64,000 bases of DNA from Narcine bancroftii (Eukaryota). A program made the translations under genes and the position numbers. The stretch spans positions 8,742,001 to 8,806,000 of the forward strand of contig NC_091478.1 of the NCBI RefSeq assembly GCF_036971445.1, read 5' to 3'. The stretch's first letter is position 1. Each line of letters opens with the position of its first letter. Positions 37,313 through 49,341 of this stretch are shown here, one piece after another. The notes below the pieces were generated by a model. It made no database searches and had not been told where the DNA came from. It saw only the letters and a list, made by a program, of their open reading frames with translations.

Positions 37313-39440
37313 ATAGTGTTATTAGCTTCAAGTTAAATATGGAAAAGGATAAGTCTGGTCCTCATGTTGGTATTCTAAATTGGAGGAAGGCAAATTTTGT
37401 GCAAATAAGAAAGGATCTATGAAGAGTGAATTGGGATAAGTTATTTTATGGCAAGGGTGTGCTGAGTAAGTGGATGGTGTTTAAAGGTGAAATTTTGAGA
37501 GTTCAGAGTTTGCATGTTCCTGTCAGGATTAAAGGCAAAGTTAACAGGCACAGGGAACCCTGGTTTTCAAGGGATATTGGTAATCTGGTTAAGAAGAAGA
37601 GGGAGGTATATAGCAAGCATAGGCAACAAGGAATTAATGAGGTACTTGAAGACTACAGAAAATGCAAGAAAATACTCAAGCAGGAAATTAGGAAGTCTGC
37701 TTTGGCAGATAATGTGAAGGTAAACCTGAAGGGTTTCTACAAGTATATTAAAAGTAAAAGGATAGTAAGAAACAAAATAGATCCCCTAGAGATGGGGCAG
37801 ATCTTAAACAGATTTTTTTTTGCATCAGTATTTACTCAGGAAACTGGCATTGTGTAGAAAGAAAGAAGGGAAACAGACAGAAATGTCATAGAACATATGG
37901 AGATTAAGGAGGAGGTGCTTGCTGCCTTACAGCAAATAAAGGTAGATAAATCCTCTGGGTCATTCAGGTGTAGTGCATGATCTCATACTTGTTGAATCTT
38001 CTTCCTGGCACCTCCCTGGGAAGGAGGTGAACAGAGTGCAGAGAGTGGGATAAGTCTTTTAATGTGTTAGCTGCTATTCCAAAGCAGCAGGAGTTATAGA
38101 TGGAGTTGATGGAAGCATATGTCTGATGGACTGAGCAGTATTCATAACCCACTGCAGTTTATTGCTATCTTGAGTAAAGCAGTTCCTGTATCACACATTA
38201 ATGGACCCCAACAGAATACTTTGAATGGGACATCTGCAAAAATTGTTAGGGGTGGAGATATCATGCCAATTTCTTCAGGCTTTTGAGGAAGTATAGGCAC
38301 TGATAAACATTCTTGGATATTCCCTCGGAACTTGAGGGAGACTAGTGTAGAAATTGCAGGGGCCCTAGCAGATACATTCAAAATGTCCTTCGCCACAGGT
38401 GAGATGCCAGAGAATTGGAGGGTAGCTCATGTGGTCCCGTTGATCAAAAAAGGCTCCAAAAAAAATAAACCAGGTAATTATTGGCTGGTGAGCCTGACAT
38501 CAGTAGTGGGTAAATTATTGGAAGATATTCTGAGAGATATGATATATATGTATTTGAACAGCCATGAGCTGATTATGGCTTTGTGCATGGTAGGTCGTGT
38601 TTAACAAATCTTGTAGAATTTTTCAAGGAAGTTTCCATGAAGGTAGATGAAGGAAAGGCTGTGGATAGTGTCTACATGGACTCTAGTAAAGCCTTTGACA
38701 AGGTCCCACATGGAAAACTAGTTCAGAAGGTTAAGACACTAGATAGCCATGGAGAATTTGTATAATGGATTCGTAATTGGTTATGTGGGAGAAAACAGAG
38801 TGGTAGTGGATGGCTGCTTCCCAGACTGGAGGCCTAATACAAGAGATGTGCCTCAGGGATCTGTGTTGGGACATTTGTTGCCTAGATCAGTACGTTTGCT
38901 GATGACACAAAGATAGGAGGCGTTGTGGGCAGCGAGGAAGATTTTAAAAGCTTGCAGAGGTACCTGGGCCAACTAGGAGAATGGGCAAAAAAAAAAAAAT
39001 AGCAGATGGAGTTTAATGCAGACAAACATTCTGGAAGAGGAAACTAAGGTAGGAAATACACAGTAAGTGGTGGGGCACTGAGCAGTGCAGAGGAGCAAAG
39101 AGATGCACAATTCCCTGAAGGTGGCATCAGAGGTGGACAGGGTTGTAAAGAAAGCTTTTGGCATCTTAGCCTTTATAAATCAAAGTATTGAGTATTGGAA
39201 TTGGGATGTTATGAAAAGTTGTTTAAGACATTGGTGAGACCAAATTTGGAGTATTGTGTGCAATGCTGGTCAACTAATTGCAGGAAGGATATCAATAAGA
39301 TTGAAAGAGTGCAGAGAAGATTTACTAGGATGTTGACAGATCTTCAGGAGTTGAGTTACAGGGAAAGATTAAGTAGATTATTCCTTAGAGTGAAGAAAAA
39401 TGAGGGGAGATTTGATAGAGGGTTACAAAATTATGAGAGG
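37313..39440 (+). mobile_element. CR1 LINE ORF2 remnant, interrupted at 37957-38312
   Basis: Broken frames: FYKYIKSKR, WRVAHVVPLIKKG, NYWLVSLTSVVGKLLE, SCLTNL, KAFDKVPH, FADDTK, LVRPNLEYCVQ, IERVQRRFTRM. Confidence 0.92.
37957..38312. repeat. Near-identical local copy of 40648-41002
   Basis: Colinear match of about 355 bp with about 5 differences counted by eye. Confidence 0.95.
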
Positions 39441-40030
39441 TTAGTTCATAATTTTTTTGCATCAGTTACATTTGATTCCACAAAAACTAAACAAATTGAA
39501 TCCTGCTATATCAGATTTATGTTTTAGGTGTGCATGTCAGATTGGATCTTTTTTTTTTGCATTCGACTTGGCAGAGTCCTAAAGTTAAAGATTTCTGGTT
39601 GGAAGTCAATAACTTTTAAGAATGGATGACAGGAGTTAAGTTCCCACAGGATCCGATGTTATTTTAATTTAATAATATTAAGGTTATTACACCTAAATTA
39701 AAATTAACTAAGTATTTGTACAAATTGCTTTAGCAGTTTCTGTATAGCAATATCATGGAAGTTTGGAAAGATGGCATACAGAACTTTGAAGTTGTATACC
39801 ACGAGAAGATTACTTACAGTTTACAAAACAAATATCATGCATTTTGGAAAATATGGCACCCATATTTACAAAATGTGGGTTTGTATATTTCTTGGAAACC
39901 TCCATTATATAAATGCTCTATTCCCTTGGCATTCTCTGCTCCTATCTCTATTTTCTTTCTTTTCTTTTTTTCTTTCTGTGGGTTTCGAGGGGAGGTGGGA
40001 GGGGTTTATATACCACTTGTATAACTTTTG
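39440..40030 (+). mobile_element. Old L1 ORF2 C-terminus and 3' UTR remnant
   Basis: 'atcagatttatgttttaggtgt...ttgcattcgacttgg' (cysteine-rich region) and 'HEKITY...FWKIWHPYL'. An antisense relative lies at about 62940-63290. Confidence 0.6.
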
Positions 40031-40059
40031 AATTCAACGTAATGTATCCTTGCCAATTT

Positions 40060-40430
40060 AGCGTCATCACTCCTTTACCTGGGTGATGAGAACTGCAACA
40101 AAACTCCAAGTATGATTTCACCAATGCTTTGTACAGCTTCTTCATGAGGAGAAAACGTTTGTACCTAATACCATGTCCACTAAAGGCAATGTCTTCTTCA
40201 CTATCTGAGTTGCAGCACTCAGAGAACTATGCACCTATATACCTTGGTCCGTCTGTTCTCTAACACTTCCTGATCTCTGCCATTTACTGTGCAAGTCTTG
40301 GCCTGGTTTGACTTACCAATGAGTAAGACCTCACATTTGCCATAGTTAAATTCCATTTGCCATCCCTTGGCTACCTTCCCAACTGCTCTAGATCCTATGT
40401 AATCTTAGATATTCTTCTTCACTGTCCAAG
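40060..40430 (-). mobile_element. CR1 remnant
   Basis: Minus frame KLYKALVKSYLEFC. Confidence 0.65.
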
Positions 40431-40479
40431 ATTCCCTTTCTCACTGTCCCTCCTCCCAAGATCATCACAGGACCCAGTT

Positions 40480-41002
40480 ATTAGTTCAAGTTTATTGCAA
40501 CATATACCAAGATGCAGAGAGATAGCTTGTTCCAAGAGCATTCCAGCCTGACATGAACAGAACAGACAGTACAGAACAGCAAGACAGCACAGAAGAGCAG
40601 AATTATGAAGCAAGATCAACTGGTTGAGGCAACTTTTAATATTTTGAGGGTCATTCAGGTGTAGTGCATGATCTCATACTTGTGAATCTTCTTCCTGGCA
40701 CCTCCCTGGGAGGGAGGTGAACAGAGTGCAGCGAGTGGGATAAGTCTTTTAATGTGTTAGCTGCTATTCCAAAGCAGCAGGAGTTATAGATGGAGTTGAT
40801 GGAAGCATATGTCTGATGGACTGAGCAGTATTCATAACCCACTGCAGTTTATTGCTATCTTGAGTAAAGCAGTTCCTGTATCACACATTAATGGACCCCA
40901 ACAGAATACTTTGAATGGTACATCTGCAAAAATTGTTAGGGGTGGAGATATCATGCCAATTTCTTCAGGCTTTTGAGGAAGTATAGGTACTGATAAACAT
41001 TC
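40480..41002 (-). mobile_element. Old LINE 3' remnant, donor of the 37957-38312 copy
   Basis: Begins 'tcaagtttattgcaacatatacc', a typical LINE 3' end in antisense, and runs through the duplicated block. Confidence 0.55.
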
Positions 41003-41460
41003 ATGGACATTGCATCAATATGGGTACACCAACTTAAGCTATCCACTATCTCCAAGTCATCGTTGCGGATGCACACCAGGAAGCTGCTTCAATTTATTGC
41101 ATGTGATCTTGAAACATGGCTGAGAGTGCCAAATATAACTAAGGCTATGAGATCTAACAATATCCCAGCTGTGATACTGCCAGCTCTGCCTTTGGCTACC
41201 ATACAAGCATACGCCAGATACTGTGCAAAACACTTGTTCATAAGAGCTAGACAACCCAATCTGGCCGATTACCAGCCCACTGGTCTCCTTTCATAACAGA
41301 TGTTTTCTGCAGTGCTATCAAGTGGTACTTACTCACCAACACCCTATCTAGTTTCAAAATGCCTATCAGTATAGAACTAACAAATTCGACTGCAAGGTCA
41401 TCATTTTAGACTCATTAATGTATTATTTGCTGATCATTTTGAAAGTGAGTTGATACTTAC

Positions 41461-41580
41461 CCATGTTCCGTTACCACCTTGTCGTAATTCCAAGATGTGT
41501 TTGGCACTGAGGAACTTTTGTACTCTTGCTGACTGGTATTTCCCAAATTGGGGATTGTGAGTGAAACTCTCTGATCATAC
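41461..41580 (-). CDS. ABRAXAS2: ABRAXAS2 exon 6
   Basis: [39 protein letters not shown]. 120 nt; donor GTAAGT. Confidence 0.95.
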
Positions 41581-41936
41581 CTTCAGAGGAAAGGTAATAA
41601 AAAATACTTAAAAAGACAAATTACAGCATGAAATGTGGGCTTATTTGAGAGAATTCTATCCAAATAAGAGTTTCTCTTAACTCACCTATAAATAGTGTTC
41701 TAATTAATGGAAAAACACTCAAGACAGAAATGGCAATCACAAATATTCAACATACAAATATCCAATTATATCAAGGTGCTGGAGATGGAAGATTAAGGGG
41801 ATATGATGTGGTTAAAGAGAATAAAGAGAAAAGTAGATGTAAAATTTAAATGATTTATTTAGCAGCTATTAAAAAATAATTTTTGTTTTAAGAATTCATT
41901 TATGAATCTTAAACTAAGCAAACTGAAGGGACTTAC

Positions 41937-42127
41937 CGGCGACTGGGTCTAAACAGCACATATTCCAAAGCATGTGTTGAGTTGTTTGCTGTGGAGATGA
42001 AACTAAACAGAAGGAAGACTAGATCAGGCACTCCAAGGATATTTGTCAGCTGCTTATGGATAATATGTTCTCTGTAAGACATCTGCTGCAGTGTATTCCT
42101 TCGAAATCTGTACCAACCAATGACATT
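41937..42127 (-). CDS. ABRAXAS2: ABRAXAS2 exon 5
   Basis: [27 protein letters not shown]...[26 protein letters not shown] (MPN- domain). 191 nt. Confidence 0.97.
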
Positions 42128-43093
42128 CTACAGAAAAAGAAAACTATTAGGACTTATCGGTAAGAAGTCAATTGAAATCTGGACATGGGTAAAACTGTAG
42201 ATGCTGAAATCTTGAGCAAATGTTGAAAAGCTGGAGGGATTCAGCAGACCAGCAGCATCTGTGGGTAGAAATGGTCAATATTTCAGGTCAAGATGTTGAG
42301 TGACCATTTCTAACCATGGACGCTACCAGTGAAATAACCTTCTTAAAATATTCAACACTTGGAAAGGAAAAGTCATGGGTGCAAGTTGGAGAAGTAAATT
42401 TTCAACAAGAGGCTGACACCTTTATAAAAAAGGTTATTGTTCTCTCTTAATCAATAACATGAGGAAACTCAAACAATACTGTTGGATCTCATTACATTCC
42501 AACACAAAGCACTGAATACAAAAATATAATGGAAACAAAAAGTAGCACTAGAAAAGGTCATGAAATCATAATAAGGAAGGTAAAAAGTTATGTTTCTGTT
42601 ATATCAAGCCAGCCATCATCTCTTCTGGATTTTCTGAGAAGCCTCATGAAAGCTACTTTATGCCACAGGTTTCACCAAACACCAGGCCTCTCTCTTGACT
42701 AGTTATGTAAACTTGGCTGGTTTTCCTCAGAGTTCATAAGACCAAGGAATGAAGTGGAAGTGTTCAAATTATGAAAAGGATTGAAGGGCCCTTATTTTAT
42801 CGAGCAAGAGAACTTCTCAACAACCTTACAAGTTAGAGCCTTACTAGTTACATGTGAAATTAGGAAGGACTTGAATTGCACAAAAGTATAGCAGGGAAAC
42901 TTAATGATCTTAAAAGCAAAAGTTGTGGATGCTGGATCACATTTTCTGTAATGGGGCAGTGATATGCATAAATGAAGTATGGAAAAATTATGGATCAATA
43001 GAATGCTGAGATACTTCAAAAAGCTGAATGGCCTATCCCTCCATTACAAAATTTAATAAGGACAAAATGTACATTTGACAAGTTAATGCTTAC

Positions 43094-43160
43094 TTTCCTC
43101 CTTCCTTTAAGGATTCTATCCAGACTCTCTTCTTCAACTCTTCCTGCATAGTCATAAAAA
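43094..43160 (-). CDS. ABRAXAS2: ABRAXAS2 exon 4
   Basis: FYDYAGRVEEESLDRILKGRRK. ttcAG/GTAAGC boundaries; 67 nt. Confidence 0.95.
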
Positions 43161-44070
43161 CTGAAAATGACAAGTTCAAGATATGAAATGCCAAACCTGG
43201 TAAAGTATTGCAAAACAAACACATTTCAAGAGAACCTTAAATTATTTAAAGTAATAAAATAGGCTGCTTAAGAGAATAGTTATACAAAGATGTACACCAT
43301 AATGCCACAGGGAGGAGACCATATTCATAAACTGTTGGTTGGGAAACTGGAGTTGACATCAACAGACACATTTACATTGTACTTCAACACTTGACATTTG
43401 ACTACATCAAGATACTGCTTAAATCTATTTTTGAGATTTCAGTAAATTTTCTTTGCACCTCTTTAATCTGTTACATTTAATAATTTAGGTCCCTTTCCAC
43501 ACAACATCACTCATGGCTGCAGCAAACCATTTGGAGATTGGGGCTTTGCACCACTTTTGATGGACAAATAGATTTCAGCTTTTACCAAATAGCTATACAT
43601 TTTTAACTGTCAGCTTGGCATGCAATGGTTTTATTGGATCACAAATAGAGTTTACTGCCACATTACCCCAACAATGACCAATATTCAACACTTTTTGTAT
43701 CTCTCTTCTCCACAGCAGCACTCAGGGCTCTGTCACTACCAGATTGTTTTACAATACATGTCCACCCCAGTTCTAAATGATTCCATGACTTAATGATCAA
43801 TGTCAAATTGTCAAAACACCTGGCAAACACTCCAATATCTGTACAATTTAAACTAATCAAAATCTACATATGTACATTCATATGCAACCTCCTCATGAGA
43901 AAATATTCCAGGGATTAACAGGAAAGCCTATGGTGATGGTTTTGCAAATACATGAAGTAAAAGGTATTTTTGAGGAGGTGGAGTCGATCAAAAGGAGTGG
44001 AATTCCCACTGGTCAAAAAATAAAAGAACAAAAGGATGTCAACAGGGAGCAACCTTGAAGGACAAAAGTA

Positions 44071-44218
44071 GCCGGGCCGAATAATCGGCTTAAGCCAGAA
44101 AAAAGCCCTGTGCCAACGAGACTGATGGTATCCGCAGATAGACCTGCAGCGCTACCTGCTCAATAGTGAGACTTGGTCTCTTTAAAAAAAAAAATTTAAA
44201 AAAATAAATAAATAAATA
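44071..44218 (+). mobile_element. Short A-tailed retroposed insertion with 13-bp TSD; 7SL-like
   Basis: TSD aaggacaaaagta at 44058-44070 and 44219-44231. 113-nt GC-richer body followed by an A/(taaa)n tail. The 7SL resemblance is tentative. Confidence 0.8.
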
Positions 44219-45099
44219 AAGGACAAAAGTATTCTCCAGGTATGTACAGAGTAGACAGGGGGATGGAGCTGATAAATGACCAAAACAAATTGTCATGAAG
44301 CAAAAAAGCATAGCTGGAAAACTTGCCTAGTATCTTAGATTGGTCTTGACCAAGAGGATGCCTCAGTAGAAGCCAAAGCAGCAGAGATACTCCCAAGATG
44401 CCAAGGACTATGCAAGAGGGTCAGAAAATGGAAACTATTTCACTCTTCACAAGATAAAGGAACAGAAGAAAGGAATGTCAACAAACTATAGGCCAGCCAT
44501 ATTAACCTCAGTGATGAAGAAGCATTGAGACACTACTCAGAAATAATAGGTACTTGGAGAAACTCAAGAAAGCAGACAGACTTGTGAAAAACTAAACTGT
44601 TGCTACACAAGTTAGATTTTTATTATTGATGATAAAGGAAACAGGTTTGATAAATAGAACCTAGTGTGAACATAGATACCATTCCATTCAAAAGGCTGAT
44701 TAGCAAAATTAAATACAAAGGAACAAAAGCATTATTATGGAGATAAGAAACTGGTTAAAGCCCAGAACTGAGAATTGCAGTAATGATTTATTTTTGACCA
44801 AATAAGAAACATTTTATTTTCTTTTTTTAAGTTGGCTTTACTTGGCAATTATGTGTTTAACATTATTATAATAGATTCATTCAATCACTTGTTTCTTAAG
44901 TTGTTCAAAGAACTGTCGATGTAGTTCAAATTTTTTTTTCTTTTTGTTCTTACATTTATACAAGATGATTTTTTATGTGCTTTTCTTAAAATTCTGTATG
45001 CAAGGTTAAACATTCAACTCAATAAAAATATTTTAAAAAAGAAACTGGTAGATAATCTCTCGTTTACTCCACCCAAGTACTATGACTACCATTTCCTCC

Positions 45100-46110
45100 A
45101 ACCTTCCCCATGCATAGTAGTGACTCAAGGGAGTGTGGGGTAAAATTGGAGACTTTGCAGAAGAGATGTGCTGAATGATGAGGAAGTTATAAACTATAAG
45201 AAAGCACAGGCTGGCAGCTTCAGCCAAAAAAGTAGCACATGGAATTTAATGCAGAGAAGTGCATATATTGGCAGAAAACAAGAACCAATACCAATTAAAT
45301 GATACTGTTCCAAACAGTAAAGAAAGGGACACAGGGTTTTTTTTCCCAGTAGGAGAGCATGCTAACAGTAAAGCGTGTGAGATTCTGGCTTCATAAATAG
45401 AATACAGAGGAGGAAAGTTAAATTGGACTTTTATAAAATACTGGTTAGGACACAATTTCAGTGCAATTCCAATTCTGAATTCTGGTCATCAAACATTAGG
45501 AACTGAGGTCCTGAACAGGGGACAAAATAGATTTATTAGATTAGTTTCAGGAATAATGATTTTACCAAAATTTCGACTCTAACTGTTGTAGGTAATGATA
45601 TGAACATGAGAAAGAGGAGTAGGCCATCTGGCCCATAAAGGCTTCTGCACTATTCAATGAGAACATGATTGATCATCCACCCTTTCTCTCTAACTTTCAA
45701 AATGTGTGTTTTAAATACATTCAAGAAGGCAGTTGCTACTGCTTCATCAGACAGAGAATTTCACAGATTCACTACTCTCTGAGTCACATTCTTCCAAATT
45801 GGTCTTAAATTCAATCTCCAGAATTTTGAGGCTATGTCTTAGAATTCTTGTCTCACCTGGTAGTGAAAACAATTGTTCTGCCTCTATTTTGTCTATTCAC
45901 TTCAGAATTTTTTTATATTTCTATAAAGATACCCTAGTCTCTAAACTCTAACACGTATAGTTTCAGGCAACTCTATCTTTCCTCACAAGCTAACCCCCCT
46001 CATTTCTGAAATCAACCTGGCGAACCTCTCCTTGCACTGCCTCCGAAGACACAATATCCTTTCTCAAGTAAGACCAGGAGGCACACAGTACTGCAGATGT
46101 GGCCTGGAGT
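45100..46110. mobile_element. Two old CR1 remnants, tail to tail
   Basis: Plus copy 'tggaatttaatgcagagaagtg...ttataaaatactggttagg' ends near 45590. Minus copy starts 'gaacatgagaaagaggagtaggccatctggccc'. Confidence 0.55.
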
Positions 46111-46827
46111 AAAAGAGCAAAAAACAAACAAGGATTTTTTTTTTTGTAAAGAGAGTAGTTAGAAGCTGAAACTCTGTGCAGGCAGGGATCAGGATCAATT
46201 AGAACTTTCAATAGGGACAAAGTGCCCAGTTCAGAGAAAATAATTTCTGGGGCTATGGGAATTGCAACAGGGAAATGAGAATAACTGGATGCTCCTGGAA
46301 GATCCATCCTGGATTCAAAGGCTCAAATAGCCTATTACTGAGTTGTAAAAATTCAACTCTGCTGGAGCTCAGCCTCTTTTGAATGAAAATGCATCAGTTA
46401 ATTTGCATATAGCCAGGTACCATAAACAACAGCAATGTCATGAATGACTAAATGATCTACATCTCCCATACTCTGCTTTTCCATCAAAGAGAGAAAACAG
46501 GAATCTCAGTTTCCACTTCACACAGAAGTTGATAACTATGATATAATAGCACCCTGGTGTTAATAGGGAGGGCAAAGCTGCTATTTAAAGTGCTCCAGTA
46601 TACAAGTGATTCATCTTTTTTGAGGACACCATCCTTAGGTTTAAAATACAAATAACTACTATCACTAAGCTCCAAGTTAATAATGGAAAAAAAAATCAAG
46701 TCTCAAAACACCATTTATTCCATGTAGGAACACAAGAAATAGGAGTAACCCATCTGGTCTAAACTATTTTATAATTTCATTGCTTCAAATTTAGTGAAGT
46801 ACGAACCACCATGGAAAAACAGGCATT

Positions 46828-49268
46828 GGAGGAGTCACGTGATGGAGTAGTGGCCGGACGGTGAACTCCAGCCCTCTCCAGAAAAGTCGGGAAAAACAAG
46901 AGAAAACACAAAGGCACAGAAATAAAAGTTACAGAAAAGTGAGTATAAAGGTGGAAAGAAGATGGCGACAAAAAAAGAAAAGTCGAAAACAACGGTAAGA
47001 AGAGAGGAAGAGAAGACAACGGAGGAAAAAGGTGAAGGCCTTACCTGTCCGAAGAGGCCCGCTGCGGAGAGAGAAACCCGCTCCCTCAGGTCGGTAAATA
47101 ATGGACTACAAAAATGGCTCGCAGAGCCGAGTAAAAGTGCGCAACCGCGCATGCGCGAAGTTTCGCGCATGCGCGATGCGAATGAAAAAAAACACACCGA
47201 CGGGAGGGGGGACCAGCTGGGGAGTCGATCTCCACAGCCGGCAACGACAGCTGCAGAACACCTGCAGCAAGAAGAGACCACAGAAGACAATAGAAACAAG
47301 ATAGAAGAGGAGGAAAGGGCAACAAAGAAACAACAGATGGTCAACCCAGAGGAAGAAGAAGAGGAAGAGTATGGTGAAATAGAAGAAGAAAAGAGAGGCA
47401 AGGTAAAGGATATACTTGCTCTTATTAGAGGATACATGGAATCATTTAAAGAATGGCAAACACAGGAATTTAAGGATTTAAGAAAAAGAATAAACAACAC
47501 AGAGGAGAAAATAATTAAAATGGAGATGACCTTAACAGAAATGGGAAAAAAAATGGACAAGATGGAAGAGCGGGCAGTAGCAGCAGAAATGGAGGTAGAA
47601 GACTTAAAAAAGAAATTGGAGAAATCTAATAAAAAAACTAAAGAGACACAAGAACTACCCTAGCTCAAAAAATAGATACAATGGAAAACCATAACAGAAG
47701 AAATAACATAAAGATAGTGGGCCTTAAGGAAGATGAAGAAGGCAAGAATATGAGGGAGTTTATAAAAGAGTGGATCCCTAAGACCCTAGGATGTCCAGAA
47801 CTACAGCATGAAATGGAAATAGAAAGGGCACATAGAGTATTGGCCTCTAAACCACAACCACAACAAAAACCAAGATCTATTGTAGTAAAATTCCTAAGAT
47901 ATACTACAAGAGAAAAGGTACTGGAGAAGACAATGGAAAAAGTAAAAGAGGGCAACAAACCACTGGAGTATAAAGGGCAAAAAATCTTCATTTATCCAGA
48001 TATAAGTTTTGAACTCCTAAAGAAGAGAAAAGAGTTCAATACAGCAAAGGCGATTTTATGGAAGAAAGGGTATAAATTTATACTAAAGCATCCAGCGGTA
48101 TTGAAAATATTTATTCCAGGACAGCAAAACAGACTATTCTCGGATCCAGAAGAAGCACGAAAATTTGCAGAACAATTACAAAAATAGACTGAGGGAGGAA
48201 GACGGGTAATGAGAGTTAAAATGATCACGACTGATATGTATGTGGGTAAAGACAAAAATAGACTGAGGGATGAAGACGGGTAATGAGAGTAAAAATGATC
48301 ACGATTGATATGTATGCAGGTAAAGAGGTATAAGAGTGAATAGAGACAATGAGCATACATGAATGTATCTGTACTTAGAGGAAAATATAGATAGTATAGA
48401 CAAGAATTAATAAGGGAAGGTAATGGAATAGAGAGAATAAGGAGGGAATTAAAAGAGGGACCTTTGTGACATATGAAAAGTGAAATCTTTTCTGGGGGAG
48501 GCGGGGTGGGGGGAAATAGCGGTCACTGCAAAATCAGTTGACGCTTGCGAGTGGATTCGCAAATCCAAATGGAGAGGGGAGATGTGGTTGTCCGACAAGG
48601 GATAAAGGACAACTCAGGAGGTGAAGGGGAGATTGGGGATAAATAAGATAGAAATAGGAGAATAAGGAAAATGTTAGATGTTGTAGGAATGTTGTCTTAT
48701 AAAGAGTTGAAAATAAGAAAACAGAAATGGAAAAGGAGGAAAGGTAATGATGGAAAAACGGAAAGAGAAGATAAACAAAATATAAAAGGGCTACGCTGAA
48801 CTATATGTCTTGAAATATTAATGGAATACATAACCAAATTAAAAGGAAGAAACTACCAAATTTAAATGAATAAATGTATTCCATTAGAAAAAATAACATA
48901 TTGGTTAAGAAATAATATTGAAATATTCGAACAAGTATAGGAGCCTTACATTAAATACAATAGCGAAAACCTACCGGGGACAAACATTACCTAAGTTGAT
49001 GGAAGGAGAAGGAAAGAAAAGAATAGACTCAGTAGAATTTCTGGTGTAATTTTGTTGAATGACAACATTGTCTGACTGGCTTAATGCAACCTAGATTGTA
49101 TACCTAAAATGGATGAGAGGGGGGGGTGGGGGGGTGGTTTGGGAGGAAAGGGGGGGGGGGGAGAAAAAGTCACTGTATATGTGTGAAAAGAAATAGTGTA
49201 TATCATGGCTAATGTGATTTATGGTGTGAAAAATAAAAAAAAATTTAATAAAAAAAAAAAAAAAAAAA
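46828..49268 (+). mobile_element. Full-length, internally deleted (ORF1-only) L1/Tx1 element with 14-bp TSD
   Basis: TSD gaaaaacaggcatt at 46814-46827 and 49269-49282. 5' end ggaggagtcacgtgatggagtagtggccgg; long poly(A). ORF2 collapses at about 48864. Confidence 0.92.
46962..48187 (+). pseudogene. L1 ORF1p (Transposase_22-type: coiled coil, RRM, CTD) with a single 2-nt frameshift near 47659
   Basis: Motifs ENHNRRNNIKIVG, EIERAHR, PRSIVVKF and IFIYPDIS. ORFs 46962-47663 and 47681-48187 differ by a +2 frame shift. Confidence 0.88.
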
Positions 49269-49341
49269 GAAAAACAGGCATTAATACAAGGTGCTTCACA
49301 AAAATAAACATGGAACCCTGCCACCTTAACATATCAGTTCA

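Noticed and set aside
47640-47700. Programmed frameshift in L1 ORF1
   Set aside because: A 2-nt C insertion or homopolymer error is simpler, and the neighbouring element reads through this region in one frame.
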